DNA from: Rubrivivax sp. | GTDB taxonomy: Bacteria; Pseudomonadota; Gammaproteobacteria; Burkholderiales; Burkholderiaceae_C | NCBI GenBank assembly: GCA_034522875.1 | Contig: JAXHKY010000005.1 | Span: 13,205-77,204 of the forward strand | Reading direction: 5' to 3' | Length of the DNA: 64,000 nt | Translations under genes and position numbers: made by a program | Shown: one piece after another, positions 29,159-39,125 of the stretch | Layout: each line of letters starts with the position of its first letter | How positions within the stretch are numbered: the stretch's first letter is position 1 | Notes under the pieces: generated by a model | Databases searched by the model: none | What the model was told of the DNA's origin: nothing | The model's input: only the letters and a program-made list of their open reading frames with translations

Positions 29159-29893
29159 ATGTCGCTGACGCTCAAGCTCGCCCTCAGCCCGCTGCTCGTG
29201 GCGCAGGCCGTGGCCACGCGCGCGCGCATGCCGCGCCTGCCCGAAGCCGGCGGTGCACGCCGCGGCGAGACCGGTCGCGGGCCGCTGCTGAAGCTGCTGA
29301 TCGCCGGCGATTCGTCGGCCGCCGGCGTGGGTGTGGTGACACAGCGCAAGGCGCTGGCCGCACAACTGGCGGCGCGGCTGGCGAAAGGCGCCGGCGTGCG
29401 CGTGCGCTGGCAGTTGCTGGCGCGTTCGGGCCTGACCACGCAGCAGACGCTGAAGCTGCTGCGCACCGAGCCGCCGGCGCAGGCCGACGTGGCCGTGGTG
29501 GTGACCGGTGTCAACGACGTGGTGGACCAGGTTCCGTCGCACCGCGCCATAGCCACGCGCGCCGCACTCGCCAACTGGCTGCGCAACGGGCTGGGCGTGC
29601 AGCACGTGGTGTTTGCACCGCTGCCGCCGGTGCACGCCTTCCCGGGCCTGCCGCAGCCGCTGCGCTGGGTGGCCGGCGCCGATGCCCGGCGCCACAACGC
29701 GGCCATGGCCGACTGGACCGCCACGCGCGGCGACGTGTCCTGCGTGGACATGCACATGCCGCTGGACCGCGCCAGCATGGCCAGCGACGGTTTCCACCCC
29801 GGCGAACCCGTCTACCGCTACTGCGCGGCCACCATCGCGCAGCACATCGCCACCACCGTGTGGCCGACCCTTTCCCCGGAGACCACCGCATGA
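29159..29893 (+). CDS. SGNH/GDSL hydrolase
   Basis: GDSSAAG, GVND, DGFHP. Confidence 0.9.
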   Translation: MSLTLKLALSPLLVAQAVATRARMPRLPEAGGARRGETGRGPLLKLLIAGDSSAAGVGVVTQRKALAAQLAARLAKGAGVRVRWQLLARSGLTTQQTLKLLRTEPPAQADVAVVVTGVNDVVDQVPSHRAIATRAALANWLRNGLGVQHVVFAPLPPVHAFPGLPQPLRWVAGADARRHNAAMADWTATRGDVSCVDMHMPLDRASMASDGFHPGEPVYRYCAATIAQHIATTVWPTLSPETTA

Positions 29894-30726
29894 CCCGCAG
29901 CCTGCAAGGCAAGACCCTCGTCATCACCGGCGCCAGCCGCGGCATCGGCCTGGCCATCGCCAAGCGCGCCGCCGCCGACGGCGCCAATATCGTGATCCTG
30001 GCCAAGACGACCGAGCCCAACCCCAAGCTGCCCGGCACGCTGTTCAGCGCCGCCGAGGAGATCGAGGCCGCCGGCGGCCAGGCGCTGCCGGTGCCCACCG
30101 ACATCCGCGACGAGGCCGCGGTGGCCACCGCCGTGCAGGCCGCCGTGGCGCGCTTCGGCGGCATCGACATCCTGGTCAACAACGCCAGCGCGATCAGCCT
30201 GACGCCGACACCGGCCACGCCGATGAAGCGCTTCGACCTCATGTTCGGCGTCAACGTGCGCGGCACCTACTGCTGCACCCAGGCCTGCCTGCCGGAACTG
30301 ACAAAGAGTGCGAAGGCCGGACGCAACCCGCACGTGCTGAACATGAGCCCGCCGCTTTCCATGCGCGAGCACTGGTTCAAGGGCCACGTGGCCTACACCA
30401 TGGCCAAGTACGGCATGAGCGAATGCACGCTGGGCCACGCCGGCGAATTCCGGCCGCTGGGCATTGCCGTGAACAGCCTGTGGCCGCGCACCGCGATCGC
30501 CACCGCGGCGCTGCAGATGATCCCCGGCGTGGACCTGAACCTGTGCCGCAAGCCCGAGATCCTGGCCGACGCCGCGTGGTGGATCCTGACCAGCGACGCC
30601 AAGAGCACCACGGGTCAGTTCTTCATCGACGACGAGTTGCTGCGCAAGCACGGCGTGCACGACATGGACCCCTACGCCGTGGTGCCGGGCACGAAGAATT
30701 TCATTCCGGACTTCTTCGTCGACTGA
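29890..30726 (+). CDS. SDR oxidoreductase (HSDL2-like)
   Basis: [24 protein letters not shown]. Confidence 0.92.
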   Translation: MTRSLQGKTLVITGASRGIGLAIAKRAAADGANIVILAKTTEPNPKLPGTLFSAAEEIEAAGGQALPVPTDIRDEAAVATAVQAAVARFGGIDILVNNASAISLTPTPATPMKRFDLMFGVNVRGTYCCTQACLPELTKSAKAGRNPHVLNMSPPLSMREHWFKGHVAYTMAKYGMSECTLGHAGEFRPLGIAVNSLWPRTAIATAALQMIPGVDLNLCRKPEILADAAWWILTSDAKSTTGQFFIDDELLRKHGVHDMDPYAVVPGTKNFIPDFFVD

Positions 30727-30748
30727 AAACCGCAACGCGGCAATGCGG

Positions 30749-30883
30749 CAAAGACGCAACGCAGAGGCGCAGAGGAAAACAGCCGAGGACGCAGAGGAAT
30801 ACAGGAACAACTGAGCTTCTTGTCTTTTCTCTTCTCTGCGCCTCTGCGCCTCTGCGCCTCTGCGCCTCTGCGTTGCGTCTTTG
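30749..30883. mobile_element. MITE/REP-like element: 27-bp perfect inverted repeats plus a CTCTGCGC octamer array
   Basis: CAAAGACGCAACGCAGAGGCGCAGAGG (30749-30775) and its exact reverse complement (30857-30883) around a lower-GC spacer. Confidence 0.65.
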
Positions 30884-30895
30884 AACGCCAGCGCC

Positions 30896-31882
30896 CTACA
30901 CCCCGGCCAGCAATTCGTAGGACCGCAGCCGCGCCGCGTGCTCGTGCATGGCGCCGGCCACGATCAGTTCGTCGGCGGCCGTCTGCTCGACGATGGCCTG
31001 CAGTTGCCGCTGCACCGTGGCCGGCGAACCCACCGCCGTGGCCGCCAGCATGCGCTGCACGCCGGCCTTTTCCTGCGGCGTCCACAGCGCTTCCATCGCG
31101 GCCGGCGAAATGGGCCGCGGCAGCGGTCCGCGCTGGCCGCGCTGCATGCCAAGGAAACGCTGCTGGATCGACGTGAACAGCCGTGCGGCTTCTTCGTCGG
31201 TGTCGGCGGCGACCACGTTCACGCCCACCATCGCGTACGGCTTCGGCCAGCGTTCGGACGCCCGGTAGGTGCTGCGGTAGACCTCCAGCGCCTGCAGCAG
31301 CAGGTCGGGCGCGAAGTGCGACGCAAAGGCGAAGGGCAGGCCGAGACAGGCCGCCAGTTGCGCGCTGTACAGGCTGGAGCCCAGCAGCCAGATCGGCACG
31401 TGGGTGCCGAGGCCGGGAATGGCGCGCACCGGCTGGTCGGGGCCAGCGTCGCCCAGGTAGGCCTGCAGCTCCAGCACGTCGCGCGGGAAGCCTTCTTCCT
31501 CGTCGCTGGCCAGGTGGCGGCGCAGCGCGCGCATGGTGAGGCGGTCGGTGCCGGGCGCGCGGCCCAGGCCCAGGTCGATGCGGCCCGGGTACAGCGTGGC
31601 CAGGGTGCCGAACTGCTCGGCCACCACCAGCGGCGCGTGGTTGGGCAGCATCACGCCGCCGGAGCCGACGCGGATGGTCTGGGTGCCGCCGGCGATGTGG
31701 CCCACCAGCACGGCGGTGGCCGAACTCGCCACGCCGTCCATGTTGTGGTGTTCGGCCACCCAGTAGCGGCGGTAGCCCCAGGCTTCGGCGTGGCGGGCCA
31801 GGTCGAGGCTGTGGCGCAGGGCCGTGGCGGCGTCGCTGCCTTCGACGATGGGAGCGAGGTCGAGAACGGAGAGGGGTTTCAC
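30896..31882 (-). CDS. LLM-class flavin-dependent oxidoreductase (luciferase-like)
   Basis: [44 protein letters not shown]. Confidence 0.92.
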   Translation of the reverse strand: MKPLSVLDLAPIVEGSDAATALRHSLDLARHAEAWGYRRYWVAEHHNMDGVASSATAVLVGHIAGGTQTIRVGSGGVMLPNHAPLVVAEQFGTLATLYPGRIDLGLGRAPGTDRLTMRALRRHLASDEEEGFPRDVLELQAYLGDAGPDQPVRAIPGLGTHVPIWLLGSSLYSAQLAACLGLPFAFASHFAPDLLLQALEVYRSTYRASERWPKPYAMVGVNVVAADTDEEAARLFTSIQQRFLGMQRGQRGPLPRPISPAAMEALWTPQEKAGVQRMLAATAVGSPATVQRQLQAIVEQTAADELIVAGAMHEHAARLRSYELLAGV

Positions 31883-31886
31883 GCCT

Positions 31887-34814
31887 TCATGATGCCGCGT
31901 CGCCGGCATCGGGCCCGACGGCAGGGCTTTCGAGGCCGGCGGCGATGACCCGGCGCACAGCTTCGCGCAGCCGCGCCGCGCCGGCGAACAGGTCCGGCGC
32001 ATCGGTGGGCGGTGGGATCGCGGCATGCACCGTGACCTGCAGCGCCGCGCGCCGCGGCCACCAGCGGCCGGCGGGCAGCAGTTCGCGGTGACCGCGGATG
32101 ACCACCGGCACCACCGGCACGCCGGCGCGCGCCGCGGCCATGAAGGCGCCCAGGTGGAAGGGCAGCAGCCCCGGCCGGGCGACGAAGGTGCCCTCGGGAA
32201 AGACCGCCAGCGAGCGGCCCCGGCGCACCACGTCGGCCAGGCGTTCGGCGTCGGCCACGCTTTGCCGCGCCTCGAAGCGTTCCACGAAGTCGGTACCCAG
32301 CCGCTTCAGGTAGGTGCCGGCGACGAATTGCCGCTCGAGTTCGCGCTTGGCCACGAAGACGAAGGGCCGCGGCAGTGCCGCCACCAGCAGCATGCCGTCG
32401 AGATAACTGCCGTGGTTGCTGACCAGCACGCAGGGGCCGGACGGCAGGTGTTGCAGCCCGCGCACCGCCAACGGCACGCCGATGGCATGCAACAGCGCCG
32501 GCGCCATGCAGTGGCCCAGCGCCCAGGCGGTGGCCGGTTGCCGCGTCAGCGCCGTCAGCAGCCAGGTCACGGTGGCCGTGGGCAGGAACAACGCCATGGC
32601 CCAGGCACCGTAGAGCGCACGGCCGGTGGCCGTCACCGCCGCGCGCAGCCGCAGCGCCAGCGCGCCGCGCGCCAGCCGCAGCCACTGGCGCGCCGCACTC
32701 GGTGCCGCGCTGCCGATGGCACCCGACTCCAGCAGCTCGCGGCAGGCCGATCGCCGCACCTTGCCGCTGGAGGTCTTCAGCACCGTATGCGGCGGCGCCA
32801 GCACCACTTCGTCGGGTGGCTCGCCGATGGCCGCCAGCACCGCCTTGGCGACCGCGTCGCGCAGCGCGGTACGACTGGCCTCGGGCCGCGGCCGCGTTTC
32901 GGCCAGCACCACCAGGCGTTCGGTGCCGGTGGCCGGGTCGGGGCAGCCGAAGACGGCCACGCAACCCTTGCGCACGCCGTCCACCTGGCCTACGGCCTCC
33001 TCGATTTCCTGCGGATACAGGTTGCGCCCGCCGCGGATCACGATGTCCTTGACGCGGCCGGTGAGAAAGACGTCGGCACCCGCGCGGTAGGCGCGGTCGC
33101 CGCTGTCCAGCCAGCCGTCGTGGAACAAGCTGGCGGTCTGTTCGGGGTTGCGGAAATAGCCTTGCGTGGCCGAAGGGCCGCGAAACCAGAGCCGCCCTTC
33201 CACGCGTTCAGGCACCGGCTGCCCGTCGTCGCCCACCAGCCGGACCTCGTGCCCGGGCAGCGGCGAGCCGCAGGCGACGAAGCGCAGCGCGGTGGCATCG
33301 CCGGGATCGGCCGGCACGGCGCGGCGCTGGCGCGTGAAGGGCTCGCGCCGGATGGTGTCGATGGGCGCCACGCGCCCCAGCGGGGGGAACAGCAGGCCCA
33401 CCGAGCATTCGGCCAGGCCGTACACCGGCGCCATGGCCGCGGGCGACAGGCCGCAGGCGGCAAACCGTTCGCTGAAGCGGCGCACGGTATCGGGGCTCAC
33501 GGCCTCGGCGCCGTTGAAGGCCAGGCGCCAGCCGCTCAGGTCCAGGCCGGCCAGGTCGGCATCGGCCACGCGCTTCAGGCACAGCTCGTAGGCGAAGTTG
33601 GGTCCGGCCGACAAGGTGCCGCGCCAGCGGTGCATGGCCTGCAGCCAGCGCAGTGGCCGCGCCAGGAAGAGCAGCGGCGACATCACCACCAGCGGGAAGC
33701 CCACGTACATGGGCGCCAACCAGGCGCCGATGAGGCCCATGTCGTGGTACAGCGGCAGCCAGCTCACGAAGACGTCGCGCGGCGTGGCTTCGATGGCGTG
33801 CGCCATGGCGCGGATGTTGGCCAGCAGGTTGGCGTGCGTGAGCGCCACGCCCTTGGGGTTGCCGGTGCTGCCCGAGGTGTACTGGATGAAGGCGATGTCG
33901 TCGCCGCGCACGGGCACGGCCGCCGGCGCTTCCCCGGGCTGGGCCAGTTGCTGCGGCGTCGCCACATGGCGCAGTCCCGGCACACGCGCCTGCAGCAGCC
34001 GCGCCACCGGCATGGCTTCAGCTACCGTCACCATCAGCACGGCCTGGGCGTTGGCGAGGATGCCGGTGTGCCGCAGCACATGGTCTTCCAGCTGCGAGGC
34101 GCGTGCCGGCGGGTAGATCGGCACCGGAATCGCGCCGGCGCGCAGCACGCCGAAGTAGGCGCTGAAATAGTCGGCGCAGGTGGGCAGCATCAGGGCCACG
34201 CTCTGGCGCGGCACGACGCCCGCGCGCTGCAGCCCGGCGGCCACCGCGGCCGCGGTTTCGGCGAGCTGGCGGTAGCTGACAGGCATTTCGCCGTCTTCGC
34301 CGAGCACGACGATCTGGGTCTGATCCGGGTGGATTTGCAGATGCCAGTCCAGCACGTCGAGCAGCGTCGTGGCCGCAGCCGGCTCGCCGGCAGGCGTGCG
34401 GCCGCAGGGGGCGCGGGGTTGCGCCTGCGCGATGACCGGCGCCGCCGCAGCCGGTCCCGCGGCCTCGGCCGCGACCGCCGCACCGCGGCGCGCCAGTCCG
34501 CGCTGCACGGCCTGCCACACATCGGCCACCGTCTCGGCGCGCTGCAGCGTTTCGGCCGGCAGGTCGACACCGAAGGCGCGCTCGGCGCGCAGCAGCAGTT
34601 CCATGCGCGACAGGCTGTCGAAGCCGAGGTCCTGGTCCAGCACGCTGGACAGCAGGACCGGGGGCAGGTCGGCGGCGCCAGGGTGCAGGTCGCGCAAGGT
34701 GGCCTCGGCGACCGCCAGCAGTGCCGCGGTTGTCGGAGCTTGCGGCCCGGGCGGCTGCGCGGGCGCTTCGATGGTGGCCGGGTCCGGCATGGACACTTGC
34801 GCTGTTTGCCCCAT
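31887..34814 (-). CDS. ACP + fatty acyl-AMP ligase-like + PlsC-type acyltransferase fusion (start uncertain)
   Basis: LGFDSLSR (Ppant Ser), [47 protein letters not shown]. Confidence 0.9.
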   Translation of the reverse strand: MGQTAQVSMPDPATIEAPAQPPGPQAPTTAALLAVAEATLRDLHPGAADLPPVLLSSVLDQDLGFDSLSRMELLLRAERAFGVDLPAETLQRAETVADVWQAVQRGLARRGAAVAAEAAGPAAAAPVIAQAQPRAPCGRTPAGEPAAATTLLDVLDWHLQIHPDQTQIVVLGEDGEMPVSYRQLAETAAAVAAGLQRAGVVPRQSVALMLPTCADYFSAYFGVLRAGAIPVPIYPPARASQLEDHVLRHTGILANAQAVLMVTVAEAMPVARLLQARVPGLRHVATPQQLAQPGEAPAAVPVRGDDIAFIQYTSGSTGNPKGVALTHANLLANIRAMAHAIEATPRDVFVSWLPLYHDMGLIGAWLAPMYVGFPLVVMSPLLFLARPLRWLQAMHRWRGTLSAGPNFAYELCLKRVADADLAGLDLSGWRLAFNGAEAVSPDTVRRFSERFAACGLSPAAMAPVYGLAECSVGLLFPPLGRVAPIDTIRREPFTRQRRAVPADPGDATALRFVACGSPLPGHEVRLVGDDGQPVPERVEGRLWFRGPSATQGYFRNPEQTASLFHDGWLDSGDRAYRAGADVFLTGRVKDIVIRGGRNLYPQEIEEAVGQVDGVRKGCVAVFGCPDPATGTERLVVLAETRPRPEASRTALRDAVAKAVLAAIGEPPDEVVLAPPHTVLKTSSGKVRRSACRELLESGAIGSAAPSAARQWLRLARGALALRLRAAVTATGRALYGAWAMALFLPTATVTWLLTALTRQPATAWALGHCMAPALLHAIGVPLAVRGLQHLPSGPCVLVSNHGSYLDGMLLVAALPRPFVFVAKRELERQFVAGTYLKRLGTDFVERFEARQSVADAERLADVVRRGRSLAVFPEGTFVARPGLLPFHLGAFMAAARAGVPVVPVVIRGHRELLPAGRWWPRRAALQVTVHAAIPPPTDAPDLFAGAARLREAVRRVIAAGLESPAVGPDAGDAAS

Positions 34815-34959
34815 GAGACCGCCGGGGTGCATCCAGGCGGCCTCGGGACTGCATCATGCCGGTCCGCGGCCCGGAATGGGTGGCCGCAGGAACGCTGTCT
34901 TGACGCGCATCAAGGGGGCGGCGGCCCCGGGCAGGCCCGCTCTGCGCGGCGCCGCCGTC

Positions 34960-35361
34960 TCAATAGGGCCCGCTCTCGAGCCAGCGCTGGAGCTGCGGCA
35001 GGCGGGTGATGTCCCGGAAGCGTTCGCCCTCGACGATGAAGAGCGGCGATGCGAAGACGCCGCGCACTTCGGCCCGTTCGATTTCTGCCTTCAGGCGCTG
35101 CCGAGACGCGCCGTCATGGATGGCGGCCTGGAACTCGCCGGCATCGATGCCGAGGGCGCTGGCCAGGTCCAGAAGTACCTCGATGCTGGCGATGTTGCGA
35201 TCGTCCACGAAGTAGGCGCGGAAGACGGATGGCGCCCACGTTCGCGCCAGTTCGAGGTTGTGGTCGGCCAGCCAGTGGAAGGCCGCCGTGCGCACGGCAT
35301 CGCGCTGCACATCGTCGCTGCGCATCACGCCAGCCGGGCCGCCAGCGCCGCTGGAAACCAC
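34960..35361 (-). pseudogene. C-terminal part of DsbA-like/HCCA isomerase protein
   Basis: VFRAYFVDDRNI...LKAEIERAEVRGVFASPLFIVEGERF; the N-terminal catalytic segment is absent. Confidence 0.6.
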
Positions 35362-35388
35362 GGGATGCCGGGACCACGCCGCAGCGAC

Positions 35389-35853
35389 TCACCGCGGGCG
35401 CAATTGCTCCGGCCGCACGCGCGACGCCAGCCACTGCTCGGCCGCGTCGGCGTCCACCGACCGGTCGCTGGCGTCGACGAGCGGCTGCTCGAAGTCGTTC
35501 CAGCCGCGCACGCCGGTCTTCAGCGACACCACGTCGGCAAAACCCATCTGCTGCATGACATCGGCCGCCAGCACCGAACGCAGCCCAGAGCGGCAGACCA
35601 CGACGACGGGCCGTTCGCGCGCCGCCGCCAACTCGGGCAGGGTCTCGTCGTAACCCCAGTCGCAGGCCGATTCCAGCACGCCGCGCGGCACGTTCACCGC
35701 GCCGGCGATCCGCGCCTGCACGAATTCGGCCGGTTCGCGAATGTCCAGCACCAGCGGCGGCGCGGCCTGCGCCAGGCGTTCGGCCAGGTCCCAGGGCATG
35801 ATCTCGCGCACGCGCTGCAGCGCGTCGGCAACGAGGTCGGCGTAGCGTTTCAC
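35389..35853 (-). CDS. Rhodanese-like sulfurtransferase
   Basis: LDIREPAEF, VCRSGLRS, SLKTGVRGW. Confidence 0.9.
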   Translation of the reverse strand: MKRYADLVADALQRVREIMPWDLAERLAQAAPPLVLDIREPAEFVQARIAGAVNVPRGVLESACDWGYDETLPELAAARERPVVVVCRSGLRSVLAADVMQQMGFADVVSLKTGVRGWNDFEQPLVDASDRSVDADAAEQWLASRVRPEQLRPR

Positions 35854-35887
35854 GGGGTGTCGATTTGGTTTGCGCGCGACGTGCCGA

Positions 35888-36328
35888 CTACAGCGGCTTG
35901 GGCAGCGGCCGCGGCTGGCCCTGGCCGTCGATGGCCACGTAGGTGAGGTCGGCTTCCGTCACCTTCACCACGTGCAGGTTGGCCGGATTGCGTTCGGCAT
36001 ACACGTCCACGTGCACGCGGATCGAGGTGTTGCCGATGCGCGTGATGCGGGCGTAGAAGCTCAGCAGGTCGCCCAGGCTCACCGGCTGCTTGAAGATGAA
36101 CTGGTTCACCGCCACGGTGGCGATGCGGCCCTTGGCCATGCGGCTCGGGAGCACGGCGCCGGCCAGGTCCACCTGGGCCATGATCCAGCCGCCGAAGATG
36201 TCGCCGTTGGCATTCACGTCGGCCGGCAGCGGCATCACGCGCAGCACCAGTTCACGGTCGGCGGGCAGGCTGAGCGGGGCCATGCGGGGGGCGGGGTCCG
36301 CAGCCGGGGTGGCGGGGTCGGTCGTCAT
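35888..36328 (-). CDS. Acyl-CoA thioesterase (YciA-like)
   Basis: PADVNANGDIFGGWIMAQVD...TYVAID. Confidence 0.92.
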   Translation of the reverse strand: MTTDPATPAADPAPRMAPLSLPADRELVLRVMPLPADVNANGDIFGGWIMAQVDLAGAVLPSRMAKGRIATVAVNQFIFKQPVSLGDLLSFYARITRIGNTSIRVHVDVYAERNPANLHVVKVTEADLTYVAIDGQGQPRPLPKPL

Positions 36329-36499
36329 GGTGGGCTCTCGTAGGCGTGCAGGGCGGCACGGGGCGCGCCCCTCTGGCCGCCACTGTAGCCGGTCGGCATC
36401 GCCCTGCCCGCCGGCATCCGCCCGACGACCGCGACCGCGACCGGGCACCGCGAATGATGCCGCCGCCGGCCAAGGCGAATGGCTTGAACGAGTGGCCGC

Positions 36500-36870
36500 C
36501 GCGCCAGCTCGAGTCGCACATCGGATTCAAGCTGTTCGGGCGCTCGGACTTCTCGCTCACCGCGCCGCGCCGGTGCGCGCTTGCGCGTGGCGATCACGCC
36601 CACCTTCTGCCGCCAGTTCGTGATGCCGCGGCTGGAGACGTTCAGGACCGCGTATCCCGACATCGATCTCGTCCTGCAGGTGTCGATCCCGCTGCTGGAC
36701 GTGACCGCCGAGGCGTGCGACCTGGAGGTGCGCTTCGGCACCGGCGGCACTACCGATGTCGAGCACCGGCTGATGCTGGAAGATGCCGTGACGCCGATGT
36801 GCAGCCCGGCGCGCTGGACCGCCGGGAGTGCGCCGCGTCCTGCGACTGGTTGCAGCAGTCGCTGCCGTAG
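36500..36870 (+). pseudogene. GcvA-like LysR regulator remnant
   Basis: RQLESHIGFKLF, then after a deletion/frameshift LRVAITPTFCRQFVMPRLETFRTAYPDIDL...DLEVRFG...TPMCSP. Confidence 0.75.
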
Positions 36871-37067
36871 GCGCGAGCACCGCGCGCCAGGGCAATGACG
36901 AGGTTCAAACGAAGCGCGCTCGACAGGCGCGCAAGGAATTCTCAAGCCGCCACAATGCGTGGCCGCCTACAGTCGCGGCACGCGTTGAAGATCGGCCGCC
37001 ACCGTGGCACAGGTGATTCGGCCGGTCCCTTTCGTCCTTTAACGATGCAACTTTCGGAGACCTCACG

Positions 37068-37530
37068 ATGAAAAGCGTTTCCAAGCCCCTGGCCCTTGCT
37101 GCCGCGCTGGCCTTCGTTGCCGCACCTGCCGCGGCGTAGGAAACCGTGCGCTGGGGCATTCCCATGGCCTTCGGTTCCAACCTCACCGCGCCGGGTGACA
37201 CCATGCCCTGGGTTTCGGAGCCGCTGATGAACGTCTCGGGCGGCAGCGTCAACCTGCAGGTCTTCGAGCCCGGCAGGCTGGTGCCCGCACTCGGCATCTT
37301 CGACGCCGTCGCGTCGGGCAAGGTCGAGACCGGCTGCAGCTTGATGGGCTACGAGCTCTGCAAGGTGCCGGCGTCGGTGATCTTCGGTGCGCTGCCCATC
37401 GGCATGGAGTCGCCGCAGTTCGGCGCGTGGATGTGCGTTGGCGGCGGCGACAAGCTGCTCAAGGAAGCCTTCAAGCCGCACAACGTCTACCCGACCTTCT
37501 GCGGCTCCATCAGCCCCGAGGCAGCCGGCT
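37068..37530 (+). pseudogene. TRAP transporter substrate-binding protein (DctP) remnant
   Basis: GGAG RBS, signal peptide, in-frame TAG at 37137, then SGGSVNLQVFEPGRLVPALGIFDAVASGKVE...SPEAAG; truncated. Confidence 0.8.
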
Positions 37531-37540
37531 GCAGCCCGTG

Positions 37541-37695
37541 CTGGCGGTCACGTCACGCTGTTCCGCGCGGCGAACAGGTCGGCAGGCGTCTTCGCGCCGC
37601 TGGCGCCGCCGCTGCTGCGCATCCACTGCAATCTCAAGGCGGCCTTCGATCCCGCCGGTGTGTTCAATCCCGGCCGGCTCGTGGCCGACCTGTGA
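37541..37695 (+). pseudogene. glcE: 3' remnant of glycolate oxidase FAD subunit
   Basis: AGGHVTLFR...VFAPL...IHCNLKAAFDPAGVFNPGRL*, directly before glcF. Confidence 0.8.
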
Positions 37696-37705
37696 AGACC
37701 GCGTC

Positions 37706-38959
37706 ATGCAAACCAACCTGAGCCCCGAATTCAAGGGCACGCGCGACGGCGAAGCAGCCGAGGCCATCCTGCGCAAGTGCGTGCACTGCGGCTTCTGCAC
37801 CGCCACCTGTCCCACCTACCAGCTGCTGGGCGACGAGCTCGACGGCCCGCGCGGGCGCATCTACCTGATGAAGCAGGTGCTGGAAGGCGGCGAGGTCACG
37901 CGCAGCACCCAGTTGCACCTGGACCGTTGCCTCACCTGCAGGAATTGTGAGACCACCTGCCCCAGCGGCGTGGACTACGGTCACCTGGTGGATATCGGCC
38001 GCAAGATCGTCGAGGAACGCGTGCCGCGGCCTGCCGGCGAGAAGGCGGTGCGCTGGCTGCTCAAGGAAGGGCTGACCTCACCGCTGTTCGCGCCGGCCAT
38101 GAAGATGGGCCAACTGGTGCGCCCGCTGCTGCCGGCGGCGCTGAAGAGCAAGGTGCCCGCGCCGTCGGCGCCGCGCGCCGGGGTCTGGCCGCAGCGCCAG
38201 CACGCGCGCAAGGTGCTCCTGCTGGCCGGCTGCGTGCAGCCGGCGATGATGCCCAATGTCAACAGCGCCACCGCGCGCGTGCTCGACGCCGCCGGCATCC
38301 AGACCCTCGTCGCCGCCAAGGCCGGATGCTGCGGCGCGCTGCGCACGCACCTGAACGACCATGAAGGCGGCCTGGCCGACATGCGCCGCAACATCGACGC
38401 CTGGTGGCCCTTCGTCGAGCGTGGCGAGGTCGAGGCCATCGTGATGAACGCCTCGGGCTGCGGCGTGGCGGTGAAGGAATACGGCCACGCGCTGGCCCAC
38501 GACCCCGACTACGCCGACAAGGCCGCGCGCATCGGCGCGCTCACGCGCGACCTCAGCGAACTGCTGCCCGACATGGTGCCCGCGCTGCAGGCGCAGGTGC
38601 GGCATGTCGGCGGGGCGGGCCACGCCCGGCGCCTGGCCTTTCATCCGCCCTGCACGCTGCAGCACGGGCAGCAACTGCGCGGCGGGGTCGAGACGCACCT
38701 GCGTGCACTGGGCTTCGAAGTCAGCCTGGCCGGCAGCGAAAGCCACATGTGCTGCGGCTCGGCGGGCACCTATTCGGTGTTGCAGCCGACCTTGGCCTAC
38801 CAGTTGCGCGACCGCAAGATCGGCCACCTGTCGGCCTTGGAGCCGCAGGCCATCGTCTCGGCCAACATCGGCTGCATCCAGCACCTGCAAAGCGGCACCG
38901 ACACGCCCGTGAAGCACTGGGTGGAGGTGCTCGACGACGCGCTGGCTGCGGCGGCCTGA
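37706..38959 (+). CDS. glcF: Glycolate oxidase iron-sulfur subunit
   Basis: CVHCGFCTATCP, CLTCRNCETTCP, two CCG motifs, SANIGC. Confidence 0.95.
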   Translation: MQTNLSPEFKGTRDGEAAEAILRKCVHCGFCTATCPTYQLLGDELDGPRGRIYLMKQVLEGGEVTRSTQLHLDRCLTCRNCETTCPSGVDYGHLVDIGRKIVEERVPRPAGEKAVRWLLKEGLTSPLFAPAMKMGQLVRPLLPAALKSKVPAPSAPRAGVWPQRQHARKVLLLAGCVQPAMMPNVNSATARVLDAAGIQTLVAAKAGCCGALRTHLNDHEGGLADMRRNIDAWWPFVERGEVEAIVMNASGCGVAVKEYGHALAHDPDYADKAARIGALTRDLSELLPDMVPALQAQVRHVGGAGHARRLAFHPPCTLQHGQQLRGGVETHLRALGFEVSLAGSESHMCCGSAGTYSVLQPTLAYQLRDRKIGHLSALEPQAIVSANIGCIQHLQSGTDTPVKHWVEVLDDALAAAA

Positions 38960-39125
38960 ACGCTGTTGCGCCACGCCGACCCGCGGCGACAATTCGCTGC
39001 ATGTCCAGGTCCGACGTCTCCTCCGCCTCCGTTGAAGCTCGCGCCGGCTGCCTGATGCGCGCGACGGTGGCCCCGGGCCCCATCGGCCGGCGCCAGCGGG
39101 TGCCGCGCAAACCTGCCTGAAGCCC

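Noticed and set aside
30834-30873. Repeat arrays as a possible CRISPR
   Set aside because: Units are 7-10 bp with no unique spacers, and there are no cas genes.
37137-37139. In-frame TAG in dctP as recoding (pyrrolysine or readthrough)
   Set aside because: The gene is also truncated downstream; a simple CAG>TAG nonsense change is more parsimonious.
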